Position numbers and translations under genes: made by a program | Source: Thermoproteota archaeon | GTDB taxonomy: Archaea; Korarchaeota; Korarchaeia; Korarchaeales; Korarchaeaceae | NCBI GenBank assembly: GCA_026986575.1 | Contig: JALSOH010000004.1 | Coordinates: 416,001 to 480,000, forward strand | Direction of reading: 5' to 3' | Length of the DNA stretch: 64,000 nt | Shown: positions 18,593-27,593 of the stretch, in pieces | Layout: every line of letters begins with the position of its first letter | How positions within the stretch are numbered: position 1 is the stretch's first letter | Notes under the pieces: model-generated | Told to the model about the DNA's origin: nothing | Database searches by the model: none | What the model saw: only the letters and a program-made list of their open reading frames with translations

Positions 18593-19461
18593 TTGGATCC
18601 GGCCATAATAGTGCACGGTGGGGCTTGGGACATACCTCCAGACCTTTTGGAACCCAGCGTTCTCGGTGTGGAGAGGGCAGCTCGTGAGGGATTCAAGTTA
18701 CTGCAGGAAGGATATTCGGCCTTAGATGCTGTTGAGCAAGCAGTTGCGATAATGGAGGACGATCCAACGTTCGATGCAGGTGTGGGGTCAGTTCTCAACT
18801 TGGAGGGATACGTCGAACTGGATGCCATAATAGTGGACGGGGCTTCCCTTAGGTTCGGTTCTGTCGCGGCTGTTAGGCGCATTAGGAACCCCGTCTCTTT
18901 AGCTAGAGCCGTAATGGAGGAGATGAAGGAGATGATGTTCGTCTCCGAGGGCGCCGAGAGAGTTGCCTTGGAGTTGGGGTTCGAACTGATAGATCCCGAG
19001 GAGTTAATCGTGGAGAGAGAGCGCGAGGCTTGGAAGAGGAGGATATCTAGGGCAAGGGGGACCGTTGGCGCCGTCGCCCTAGATACAAATGGCAGGATAG
19101 CGGCTGCCACCTCCACAGGAGGCGTGCCCCTCAAGAGGCCAGGCAGGGTGGGGGATACTCCACTCATAGGGTGTGGGGCCTACGCTAACGAGCTAGGTGG
19201 GGCAAGCTCCACTGGGCAGGGGGAACCAATAATGAGGGTAATGCTGTCCAAACTCGCTGTGGATTTTCTGGCTAGGGGGTTACACCCCACAGAGGCCGCT
19301 CAGAGGCCCTCTCCTTCATGGCCGATAGGACGGGAGGTTGGGGTGGCTTAATAGTCCTAGATAATAAGGGGAGAGTAGGATACGCTCACACCTCGAGGAG
19401 GATGGCGGTCGCCTACTCCATAGACGGGGATGTAGTGGCGAAGATCAGCTCACTCGAGTGA
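18593..19461 (+). pseudogene. Isoaspartyl peptidase/L-asparaginase (Ntn hydrolase), frameshifted near 19305
   Basis: IIVHGGAW, EDDPTFDAG, GTVGAVALD, ATSTGG, GRVGDTP. The C-terminal ALSFMADRTGGWGGLIVLD.KG.VG.AH...MAVA lies in another frame ending at TGA 19459-19461. Confidence 0.85.
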
Positions 19462-20440
19462 GATCAGGATAGGGATCCCTAACCTCCTCAGGGCTTGGAA
19501 ATTCCTTCACTTCCCCTCCTACGACAAGCTCCCTCCCCTCTTTCTTGAGCTCACCTATCATACTCACGGAGAATCCGTGGGATTCCATGAGGTCTTTGAG
19601 GAAACCCAAGGGTAGGTTGCCCGGAATGGCGGCCAGCACCACGCCTGAGCTGGAGGCAGCCATAGGATCGAACCCCATCTCCCGGCCCAGTCTCAGGAGC
19701 TCCGGTGGGAAGGGAATAAGGTCCTTGTTCACGGTGAAGCCTAGCTCAGCAGCATCTGCAAAGTCGTTCAGGAGCCTTATAAGTCCGCCTTCTGCCCCGT
19801 CCTTCATTCCATTTACTCTAGAGAATAGAGCTAGATCCCTAGCCGAATCAACGGCTGTTAACATCCACCTAGCCCTTCTCCATCTCTTCACAGTTCTCTT
19901 ACCGAACCTCTCCTCTAGGAGCGTCGGATTGAAGTGAGCAACGCCGTAAAGTAACTCAGCTCCAGGTATGCCCACTAAGAGGAGCCTATCTCCGATCCTC
20001 GCTAGCTTGGGCGTCACCGGCTCCCTGACCTCTCCGATCACTGTTGTGACGACGATGGGCTCCTTCACCGACTCATACCAACCAGTGTGTCCAGTTATCA
20101 CGGTTACGCCGTACCTATAAGCCTCCCAGTCTATCCCTTTGGCTATCCTCAGAGCTAGATCGTCGCTAGCGTCTGATGGCAGGAGTATGGTGCTACTCAT
20201 TAGCTTAGGCTCGGCCCCCAAGACCGCCACATCCGATGCGGAGAAGTGGAAAGCGAAGTAGCCAAGATCTTCTCCGGGCACTCCCAATGCTGGATCGGTG
20301 GCGTACACTCTCGTCAGGCCCATTAGCCTCTCTGCCCCAGCATCTATGCTGGGATGCGGAGGAATAGCTATATTCCTGCCGAGTCTTCCAACGTACTTCG
20401 TTATTTCCTTTAGTAAGGATCTCCCAGCTTTTCCCTCCAT
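19445..20440 (-). CDS. AIR synthase-related (PurM/HypE-like) protein
   Basis: ATDP, SASDVAVLGAEP, ITGHT, GDRLLL, MKDGAEGGL, FDPMAASSSG. Start placed at ATG 20440 (MEGK). Confidence 0.8.
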   Translation of the reverse strand: MEGKAGRSLLKEITKYVGRLGRNIAIPPHPSIDAGAERLMGLTRVYATDPALGVPGEDLGYFAFHFSASDVAVLGAEPKLMSSTILLPSDASDDLALRIAKGIDWEAYRYGVTVITGHTGWYESVKEPIVVTTVIGEVREPVTPKLARIGDRLLLVGIPGAELLYGVAHFNPTLLEERFGKRTVKRWRRARWMLTAVDSARDLALFSRVNGMKDGAEGGLIRLLNDFADAAELGFTVNKDLIPFPPELLRLGREMGFDPMAASSSGVVLAAIPGNLPLGFLKDLMESHGFSVSMIGELKKEGRELVVGGEVKEFPSPEEVRDPYPDLTRVS

Positions 20441-20504
20441 TTCTCGAGGTGTGCGGATGGCTTTAATGATAACATTTTTGAACGCTCTTCCCAGTTGTGG
20501 AGGG

Positions 20505-21326
20505 ATGAAGGTAGCCATCCAAGGAGAGAGAGGATCGTACAGCGATGAAGCGGCCAAAAGATTCTTTGAGGATAGGGAATACGAACCTCTGTCTAAAAGA
20601 TTTTTGGAGGAGGTGTTCGATTCAATAGAGTCCGAGGAGGCTGACTACGGTGTCATCCCTATTGAGAATTCCAGTACGGGGAGTATTAGGAAATCCTTAG
20701 ACCTCCTACTGGAAAGGGACATTAGGGTCGTGGGCGAGATAAAGATCCGGGTGAGGCACGCCCTACTTGGGGTGAAGGGCGCCAGATTAGAGGATGTTGA
20801 GGTGGTGTACTCTCATCCGGAGGCAATATCTCAGTGCGAGGGATTCCTCAAGTCTTGGGGATGGAGGGTAATCCCGAGCTTCGACACCGCAGGAGCCGCT
20901 AGGGAAGTGGCCGAGCAGGAGGATAGGAGAAAGGCCGCGATAGCTAGCGAGAGGGTGGCTGAGCTTTATGAATTAGAGGTGCTCGCTAGGGACATTCAGG
21001 ACTTGCCCCACAACACCACTAGGTTCTTCGTGATCACTAAAGAAGGGGAGTGGCCTAGGGACGCCGACACCACATCAGCCTTCTTCGCCACGAGGCACGT
21101 GCCAGGCGCCCTGTGGAGGGCACTTGGAGTGTTCGCTAGGAGAAACATCAACCTCTTATGGCTTGAATCCCGCCCTATAAGGAGGGAACCTTGGAATTAC
21201 TCGTTCTTCGTGGAATTCGAGGGATCTCTATGGGAAAAGTACGTAAGGGACGCTCTCGAGGAGCTGGAGAGCGAGTCGATATGGGTGAAGGTGCTCGGGA
21301 CCTATAGGAGGACCTCGGTTTTCTAG
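20505..21326 (+). CDS. pheA: Prephenate dehydratase
   Basis: MKVAIQGERGSYS, IPIENS, YSHPEA..QC, N-x-TRF, ACT domain with PGAL and LESRP. Confidence 0.92.
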   Translation: MKVAIQGERGSYSDEAAKRFFEDREYEPLSKRFLEEVFDSIESEEADYGVIPIENSSTGSIRKSLDLLLERDIRVVGEIKIRVRHALLGVKGARLEDVEVVYSHPEAISQCEGFLKSWGWRVIPSFDTAGAAREVAEQEDRRKAAIASERVAELYELEVLARDIQDLPHNTTRFFVITKEGEWPRDADTTSAFFATRHVPGALWRALGVFARRNINLLWLESRPIRREPWNYSFFVEFEGSLWEKYVRDALEELESESIWVKVLGTYRRTSVF

Positions 21327-21364
21327 TCTTGAAACCATAAATTTGGCCTCTGTAGTGAACACTG

Positions 21365-21880
21365 GTGATGAGCATGGCGAGGATAGCTATACTAGTACAC
21401 GATAGGGTGGAGGATGACGAGTTCACCTTCCCGCTCTATTACTTCAAGTGGAGGGGTCACGAGGTGGTGGTGGCATCTCCGCTAGAAGAGTTCGGAAGCA
21501 AGCACGGCTGCAGGAGGTGGAAGCCTGATGTAAAGACATCGGACCTGAGGGCCAACGACTTCGATGCTTGCATAATCCCAGGAGGTTACAGCCCCGATAA
21601 GCTCAGGCTCGATGTACACACGCTAATGTTTGTTAGGGAGATGCTTATGGCGGGGAAGGTCGTCGCTGCTATATGCCACGGTCCTCAAGTGCTCATCTCG
21701 GCCAAGGTCGTGAGAGGGAGGAAACTAACCTCAGCTAGGCAGGTCAGAGACGACTTGGTGAATGCTGGCGCCGAGTGGGTGGATGAACCGGTAGTAGTGG
21801 ATGGAAACCTGATCACTTCCAGATATCCCATCGACCTGCCAGGCTTTGTTGAGGCTATAGAGAGGACCCTAACCCGCTAA
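21365..21880 (+). CDS. pfpI: PfpI/DJ-1 family protein (intracellular protease I/deglycase)
   Basis: VEDDEF..P, IPGGYSPDKLR, AAICHGP, VVDGNLITSR.P.DL. Confidence 0.9.
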   Translation: MMSMARIAILVHDRVEDDEFTFPLYYFKWRGHEVVVASPLEEFGSKHGCRRWKPDVKTSDLRANDFDACIIPGGYSPDKLRLDVHTLMFVREMLMAGKVVAAICHGPQVLISAKVVRGRKLTSARQVRDDLVNAGAEWVDEPVVVDGNLITSRYPIDLPGFVEAIERTLTR

Positions 21881-22384
21881 CTCTTTCCTAAACCTGTCGT
21901 CCAAGGCTCTCACATCCTCCTCATTATTTTCTCCGCGAGAGTATGCCTCCAACCTCTCATAGTTCAGGTGAATGAACTCAGGACCCCATTTGAACGGATC
22001 GAGTAACTCCAAGGCCTGCTCCTTGTAGCCCAGTATGTAGAGACTCGCGGCCAAGGCTTCCACCGTGGATAGTCTCTCAGGCACCCCGTAATTTATGGGG
22101 TTAGCTGCCACTAAGAAGGGTAGTCTCCTCTGTTTCCCGTGAGGCCATCTAACCGACTCTACCTTACGCCAAGAGGCATCCACAGCTACTATGCCCTTGG
22201 TCCCCTCCTTGTCGACGGGTGACAGGAACCTACGGGAGAGCGGATTCAGCACAACTAAGGAAAATCCTTTACTGGGTCTATACCTCTCGGCAAGCCCCAG
22301 CCTAAGGAGCTTCGAACCTGTAGCCCTCTTGGGATCGTCTTGATGGAGCCTGAGGACTATTACCTTGATCCTCTTGGGGCTCAC
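21869..22384 (-). CDS. tsr3: 16S rRNA aminocarboxypropyltransferase
   Basis: QDDPKRATG.KL, VDASW, RRLPFLVAANPINYG...LSTVEALAA, FKWG.EF..LN. Confidence 0.92.
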   Translation of the reverse strand: MSPKRIKVIVLRLHQDDPKRATGSKLLRLGLAERYRPSKGFSLVVLNPLSRRFLSPVDKEGTKGIVAVDASWRKVESVRWPHGKQRRLPFLVAANPINYGVPERLSTVEALAASLYILGYKEQALELLDPFKWGPEFIHLNYERLEAYSRGENNEEDVRALDDRFRKELAG

Positions 22385-22623
22385 TTCAGCTTCTCCAGTA
22401 CGATGAACGTAACCGTGTTCTCCACACCCTCCTGACTCCTCAGGCTCTCTATTATCCTAGCCAGCTCGAAAGTGTTAGCTGCCTCCACTCTTAGGAGGAA
22501 ATCGAACTCACCTGTAACGTAGAAGACCTCCTTGACCTTCTCGTTCTCTGGGAATACCTTCTTCAGATCGGTAGTGCTAGAAGGCTTGACGCTTATGGCT
22601 ATAAACGCCTCCAACATACCCAT
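22381..22623 (-). CDS. Stand-alone Lrp/AsnC ligand-binding (RAM) domain protein
   Basis: AFIAISV...VKEVFYVTGEFDFLLRV...GVENTVTFIVL. Confidence 0.85.
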   Translation of the reverse strand: MGMLEAFIAISVKPSSTTDLKKVFPENEKVKEVFYVTGEFDFLLRVEAANTFELARIIESLRSQEGVENTVTFIVLEKLK

Positions 22624-22784
22624 CCCAGACCCCTCTTTTCCCCCTTCGGGATTAGTGTATAGGCTCCTAAATAAACTATACTCCGGTGGTCTCAGGGGGC
22701 GCGGGAGGCGGAGCGTGTACCTCGCGGCTTCGGATTGAACTTTTTAAGTCAGCCCACCGCGGTCCTATAAGCTGATAATGGATC

Positions 22785-22807
22785 CGACTTATGTTCGACA
22801 TATGTCG
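22785..22807. promoter_or_regulatory. Tandem imperfect/perfect palindromes upstream of the RHH gene
   Basis: CGACTTATGTT is followed by the perfect palindrome CGACATATGTCG. A TATA-like CTTATATA lies about 23 bp downstream. Confidence 0.45.
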
Positions 22808-22869
22808 TTTCGAATTTCTACAATAATCGCTTATATAGAGGAGCTGTTCTGAACAGGTAAGGTGAGAGA

Positions 22870-23070
22870 ATGAGCCAGCAAGTATCGCTGCAGGTTGACA
22901 AGGAACTCATCGATGCCATCGATGCCCTCGTATCGGAAGGCATGTTCAAGAGCAGGTCCGAGGCCATTAAGGCGGCCCTTATGGGCTTCATAAGGACGAA
23001 GAATGCCGAGAGAGTGAGAGAGGTATACGAGGAGTTCATATCAGAAGCTATATCCCACTTCAGAAGGTGA
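22870..23070 (+). CDS. Ribbon-helix-helix (CopG/MetJ-like) regulator
   Basis: VSLQVDKELIDAIDALV..G.F.SRSEAIKAAL; GGTGA RBS. Confidence 0.88.
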   Translation: MSQQVSLQVDKELIDAIDALVSEGMFKSRSEAIKAALMGFIRTKNAERVREVYEEFISEAISHFRR

Positions 23071-23173
23071 TTTTTGAACCGAGGCACTGATCCTCATCTA
23101 TATTAACGATCATCTTGATGCTTCCCCGCTGTTTTTATCATTCCATCTCCCCACTAGGAGAGGGGTTATCGCT

Positions 23174-23821
23174 GTGATCGCCGCCAAACTGTTCAAAATT
23201 CCAGACTACAATCCGAGCAAGCTAATTGAAGCACTCTCAAACTGGAGGGAAGAGATAGAGAGGGAAGGGAGGACCCTTCTAACAACCTTCGAGTCCTTGG
23301 AGTCCTCCGGAGACGAGGTCTCAGGAACCTTGGCTAGGGACAGGTTGGTCAGGAGGAGATCTAGGAGGGGTATCTCACTGACGGTGGAAACTCAGTACGC
23401 AGACTTCCTGACCTTTAAGGTTGAAAGCTCATTCATTATGGTGTTCGGAGGGAGGAGACTGGCTGAATTCGTGGCATTCAAGGTCACTGAAGCCCTTAAG
23501 GGGGAGGGGGAGTTCGAGCACTGCGTACTCCCGGAGGAGGTCTTCGAATCCCTCAGCGAGGGGACCAAGGTGGCTCACTTCGAGGACCTCAGGAGCTCGG
23601 GGATCAGGAAGATAGCCATCTACGGAGAGAATCTCGAGGATCTAAATCTTTACAAGGAGATGAAACGTCTAGGGAGACTTTCCTACGTACAATTCTACTC
23701 TCCAGAGCTGGGCGGGTCCGTAGGACTGTCCAGAGACTTCTCCATAATAGCTTACGGGGGAGTGGATAGGAGGTCGCTGGTAGAGTACGTGAGATCCCTG
23801 CTTACCGAGGCGATCTGTTGA
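23174..23821 (+). CDS. Conserved hypothetical protein
   Basis: 215-aa ORF with typical codon usage and GAGGGG RBS; no motif recognised. Confidence 0.7.
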   Translation: MIAAKLFKIPDYNPSKLIEALSNWREEIEREGRTLLTTFESLESSGDEVSGTLARDRLVRRRSRRGISLTVETQYADFLTFKVESSFIMVFGGRRLAEFVAFKVTEALKGEGEFEHCVLPEEVFESLSEGTKVAHFEDLRSSGIRKIAIYGENLEDLNLYKEMKRLGRLSYVQFYSPELGGSVGLSRDFSIIAYGGVDRRSLVEYVRSLLTEAIC

Positions 23822-23826
23822 CCGCA

Positions 23827-25020
23827 TCACTCCCTCCTGTAAAATAGATGTAGCTTCTGAACGTTCTGCAAGGACACCAAGTCCGCTCTCCTACCCCTGA
23901 ACTTCAGCCTACTTAGTCCTTCAGATTCGGAAGCCACCCTCAGGGCATCCAGCATGACCATCTCCGGTCTGATAGATCTGGCGTGCTCTATACAGGCGGT
24001 ATCAGCTAGGTTAATGAAATCCGGATAGGACGGACCTCGGGTGCTGCCAGCGGAGAAGGAGGAGAACCCCCACATGTCCACATTGAATCCTGTCAGCTTG
24101 ACCACAGGAGCGCCGCTGGCCCTCGGCCTGTAAAACGACACCTCCACCTCGTTGAAGAGGGGATATTCCTCTAGCCTCTTATTCATCCTCTTTATGTACT
24201 TCTCCTTCCCTCTAACCATGGACGAGAAGTAGGAGACGATGAATCTCATACCATCGAACTCTTCCCCGTACTTCCCAACTGAGAGGAACTCTCCCGGATC
24301 GAGCATGAGCCAGGCTAGGACAGGGTCTGATAAAAGGTCCCAAGCCACGCCCTGAGGTACCCCCTCAGGCCGGGAGTTCATTATCTCGAGGAGCTCCATC
24401 CCTAAATACCTGTAGGCGATGAGAGAGGTGCTTATCCTCTTTACAAGCCCCACCAAACCCTTATCCTTCTTCTTAGCTAGTTCCAGCACCTCGTGAGACA
24501 GACTAGTTATCCCAGTACGCCTCCTAAGTTCAAGTACGGCATCCGCTGGTGGAAGGTCGCCATCCCTCACCACCACATCGTAATCACCCCTATGGATCAG
24601 GATGTCCCTGATCAGGAGCAATTCCTCCTTCTTCGCCCTGACCGAGACTATGGCATCGCTGGGATCCTCATCCTCGTCCCTCAGGCCACTCCTCACGGGT
24701 TTCAATCGGAATATGGGACGCGAGGGTTTGGGGTAGGTCACGGCAGCGAGGAGGATGAATCCCGCTCTCAACCCTCTCAGTGAGAGGGTTGGTGAGAAGG
24801 TGGAATCTACGGCGATGACCCCGTACTCCTTGTGGGACTCGCTCAGCTCGCGGACATCTCTCCTGACGACAGATGCGAGCCTCTCGTACACGGGTAGTAG
24901 GTATTCCCAAGCCTCCCTCATGCTACCAGCAATTTTCCTAGCCTTCTCCAACGCCACAGAATACACATCCGGGTCTAGGAGGTCCTCACCCCATTCCTCC
25001 CTCTCATTCATGGTACTCAC
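23827..25020 (-). CDS. nurA: NurA domain nuclease (divergent)
   Basis: IAVDST, VVRDGD, GLVKR, YP..I..AD motifs; coupled to herA. Confidence 0.75.
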   Translation of the reverse strand: MSTMNEREEWGEDLLDPDVYSVALEKARKIAGSMREAWEYLLPVYERLASVVRRDVRELSESHKEYGVIAVDSTFSPTLSLRGLRAGFILLAAVTYPKPSRPIFRLKPVRSGLRDEDEDPSDAIVSVRAKKEELLLIRDILIHRGDYDVVVRDGDLPPADAVLELRRRTGITSLSHEVLELAKKKDKGLVGLVKRISTSLIAYRYLGMELLEIMNSRPEGVPQGVAWDLLSDPVLAWLMLDPGEFLSVGKYGEEFDGMRFIVSYFSSMVRGKEKYIKRMNKRLEEYPLFNEVEVSFYRPRASGAPVVKLTGFNVDMWGFSSFSAGSTRGPSYPDFINLADTACIEHARSIRPEMVMLDALRVASESEGLSRLKFRGRRADLVSLQNVQKLHLFYRRE

Positions 25021-26425
25021 CGAACGTGTGCACCAGTATCGGTCTCCTGAATGGGGACAGTAGGCCAGTAATGTAGAAGTCTCCGGTCCCTAGGACCCCG
25101 ATGTCTATGCTGCCCAGGCTGACGACTTTCCCTATGTCCTCGAGGTCGCTGGACGACTGCAGCGAGCTGAACACCACGCTATTTATGTTCGCCCTGATGT
25201 TCATGTCTAGGTCGGATACCCACCTCTGGCTCACGAGTATCAGCCCGATCCCCCACTTCCTGCCCCTCCTTGCCACATCTGAGAGGGCCTCCGTGGGCGG
25301 CTGTCCCCTAGCGTAAACTTGGGCCTCGTCGACCACTATAGCGACATCCAATCTTTCACCGCTCCGTTCTGCCCTCTCCATGAGCCCGGAAACCACGCCC
25401 CTCATTATACCGTATCTGATGGGCAGGGTCTCCGAGCTTATGTCTAGGACCGTGAGGTCTCTGTTGAGTATCAGATCCACCAGATCATCTATACCGTACC
25501 TCCTCCCATTGAACGATCCCAAGCTGATGCCTGACTTAACTAGTCTGAACAGGGACTTGGCAACAGTGTGCTCCCTCCTCTTGAGGTACCCCATGACGAG
25601 CCTCAAGATCGCTATGAAGGACTCATCGTCCCACCCGATCCCCATAGGGCTCTTATCCCTCAACTCAAGGATGGTCGACATGTCGAACTGCCCGTTCCCG
25701 AAGCCAAGGGACTCCATGAATTCCCTAGCTTTTCCGACGTCTCCCTCGCTGTAAAGGTAAGCGTAGAGGGCTACTTCAACGTCATCTAGGTACTCCTTCC
25801 CCAGCACCTTGTTAGCCATCACCTCCGCTAGGGAGAGCATATCTGGGAACACGTCAGTGTCGGGTACGGTCTCCTCTTTGAAGAAAGGTGCGTAGTCTGC
25901 GCCGGTGTGGTCGAATATCACGACTTTCCTACCCACCTTCACGAGCTCCCTTACCAAGATCCTCACCAGATGCGACTTGCCTGATCCTGTGGAGCCGACC
26001 ACGGCTATGTGGTAATCTACGGCCCTAGGATCGAGCGGGAGGGGCCATCCGGAGGAGGGATGCTCTCCAATGAATATCGGATCTTCAATGAACCTGAGAT
26101 TCTCCAGATCCCCTTTCTCCACTTTGTAGACGGGAGTGCCCGTTGGAGTGGCCGTCAGGACCCTCGGATCGAATCTGCCACTCACGAGGGACCCGTACAG
26201 CTCTACACTAGCGTTCAGGTACTCGTAAGCCCGGACAGCTTCTACATTCGTGGGAGTGAAGGGCGAATAGGGGGACATGGTGGGATTGGCGTAGGATACC
26301 CCTCTGACCACACCAAGGAGCTCGTCGCCCACCAACACCAGGTCGTTAATCAGGACCTCCTCCTCAAGCCTCACCGTGACCCACTTGGTGGAGGTCCTAC
26401 CGACAACGAATCCGACTTCCCTCAT
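25004..26425 (-). CDS. herA: HerA-like ATPase/helicase (HAS barrel + FtsK/HerA domain)
   Basis: N-terminal VG.VVG barrel, Walker A GSTGSGKS, IFDHTGADY, Walker B VVDEAQ, RRGRKWG, SQR. Confidence 0.85.
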   Translation of the reverse strand: MREVGFVVGRTSTKWVTVRLEEEVLINDLVLVGDELLGVVRGVSYANPTMSPYSPFTPTNVEAVRAYEYLNASVELYGSLVSGRFDPRVLTATPTGTPVYKVEKGDLENLRFIEDPIFIGEHPSSGWPLPLDPRAVDYHIAVVGSTGSGKSHLVRILVRELVKVGRKVVIFDHTGADYAPFFKEETVPDTDVFPDMLSLAEVMANKVLGKEYLDDVEVALYAYLYSEGDVGKAREFMESLGFGNGQFDMSTILELRDKSPMGIGWDDESFIAILRLVMGYLKRREHTVAKSLFRLVKSGISLGSFNGRRYGIDDLVDLILNRDLTVLDISSETLPIRYGIMRGVVSGLMERAERSGERLDVAIVVDEAQVYARGQPPTEALSDVARRGRKWGIGLILVSQRWVSDLDMNIRANINSVVFSSLQSSSDLEDIGKVVSLGSIDIGVLGTGDFYITGLLSPFRRPILVHTFGEYHE

Positions 26426-26525
26426 TTGAGGGAAGCCTAGGCCTAGCGCGATAAAAATCTATGGACACTCGCTTGGAGGAGCCCTATCCGACACATATTT
26501 ATGCAAGGGAGAGATACTGGGAGCG

Positions 26526-27593
26526 GTGTACTTAATGGACATTGAAAGGGAGCTTAAGGAGAACAGGAAGATCGTTGACTCCCTAATAGAGGGAAGGTTC
26601 CCCAAGAACATCGATGCGGACTACCTGACATGGCTGGCCGGTGAGGCCTCCTACTCCTACGATCCTGACGTCATCCAGAAGACCATATTCGAGCCTATGT
26701 GGGATCTCCTCTCTAGGGGTGGCAAGAGGTGGAGGCCTTGGCTCTTCCTTATACTGGCCAAGAACCTCAATGTAGACTTGGAGAGGTACCAGGAGCTAGC
26801 CATCATAGTGGAGCTCCTGCACAACGGCTCCCTGATCGCCGACGATATAGAGGATGGGGCCGAGGTCAGGAGAGGCGATAAAGCCATTCACGTCAAGTAT
26901 GGCCTCGATATAGCCGTGAACTTGTCCTCAGCCATGTACTTCATGCCCCTGCGCATTCTCATGGAGATGGATGTGGACGACTCGACCTTCAGGAGACTGA
27001 TCAACGCATACTTGGAGGACATGATAAGGATACACTTGGGCCAGGCGACTGACATAGGGTGGCATCGCGGGCTCAAGGACCCGGAGGAGATAACGGTTGG
27101 CCACTACCTCCAGATGTGCGCCAATAAAACCGGGGTACTCCCGAGGCTCGCGGCCAGGTTCGCGGCCATAGCAGCTGGTCTCAACGAGGAAGAGGAGAAG
27201 AAGCTGGGGAGATTCGCCGAGACCATAGGCGTGGCCTTCCAGATACAGGACGACATAATGAATGTGACCGGCGCCGAGAAGCTGGGTAAGGCCTTCGGTG
27301 AGGACATAACCGAGGGCAAGGTAACTCTCATGGTTATACATGCGCTCTCAAAGGCGAGCGATGAGGATAAGAGGAGGCTGAAGTACATCCTCTCACTACA
27401 CACTAGGGACAGAGAGCTCATAGAGGAGGCCATATCCATCCTCAAGAAATACGGGTCGATAGAGTACGCTAAGGAGTTCGCAAGGAAAATGATAAGGGAA
27501 TCGTGGTCCAGCGTGGAGAAGCTCCTCCCTGACAACGAGTACAAAGAGAAGTTAAGGGATCTCGCCAACTTCCTAGTTGAAAGAGAGTTTTGA
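26526..27593 (+). CDS. Polyprenyl (geranylgeranyl) diphosphate synthase
   Basis: GGKRWRP, ELLHNGSLIADDIED...RRG, GQ..D, KTG, FQIQDD, GEDITEGK. Confidence 0.92.
   Translation: MYLMDIERELKENRKIVDSLIEGRFPKNIDADYLTWLAGEASYSYDPDVIQKTIFEPMWDLLSRGGKRWRPWLFLILAKNLNVDLERYQELAIIVELLHNGSLIADDIEDGAEVRRGDKAIHVKYGLDIAVNLSSAMYFMPLRILMEMDVDDSTFRRLINAYLEDMIRIHLGQATDIGWHRGLKDPEEITVGHYLQMCANKTGVLPRLAARFAAIAAGLNEEEEKKLGRFAETIGVAFQIQDDIMNVTGAEKLGKAFGEDITEGKVTLMVIHALSKASDEDKRRLKYILSLHTRDRELIEEAISILKKYGSIEYAKEFARKMIRESWSSVEKLLPDNEYKEKLRDLANFLVEREF

Noticed and set aside
20298-20557. Long N-terminal extensions and apparent head-to-head overlap of pheA and the AIR synthase-like ORF
   Set aside because: Artefact of longest-ORF calling. 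Motif-supported starts are 20505 (+) and 20440 (-), leaving a normal divergent promoter.
22870-23821. RHH plus downstream gene as a toxin-antitoxin pair
   Set aside because: There is a 100-bp gap with its own TATA-like element, and the 215-aa protein shows no PIN, RelE or HEPN motifs.
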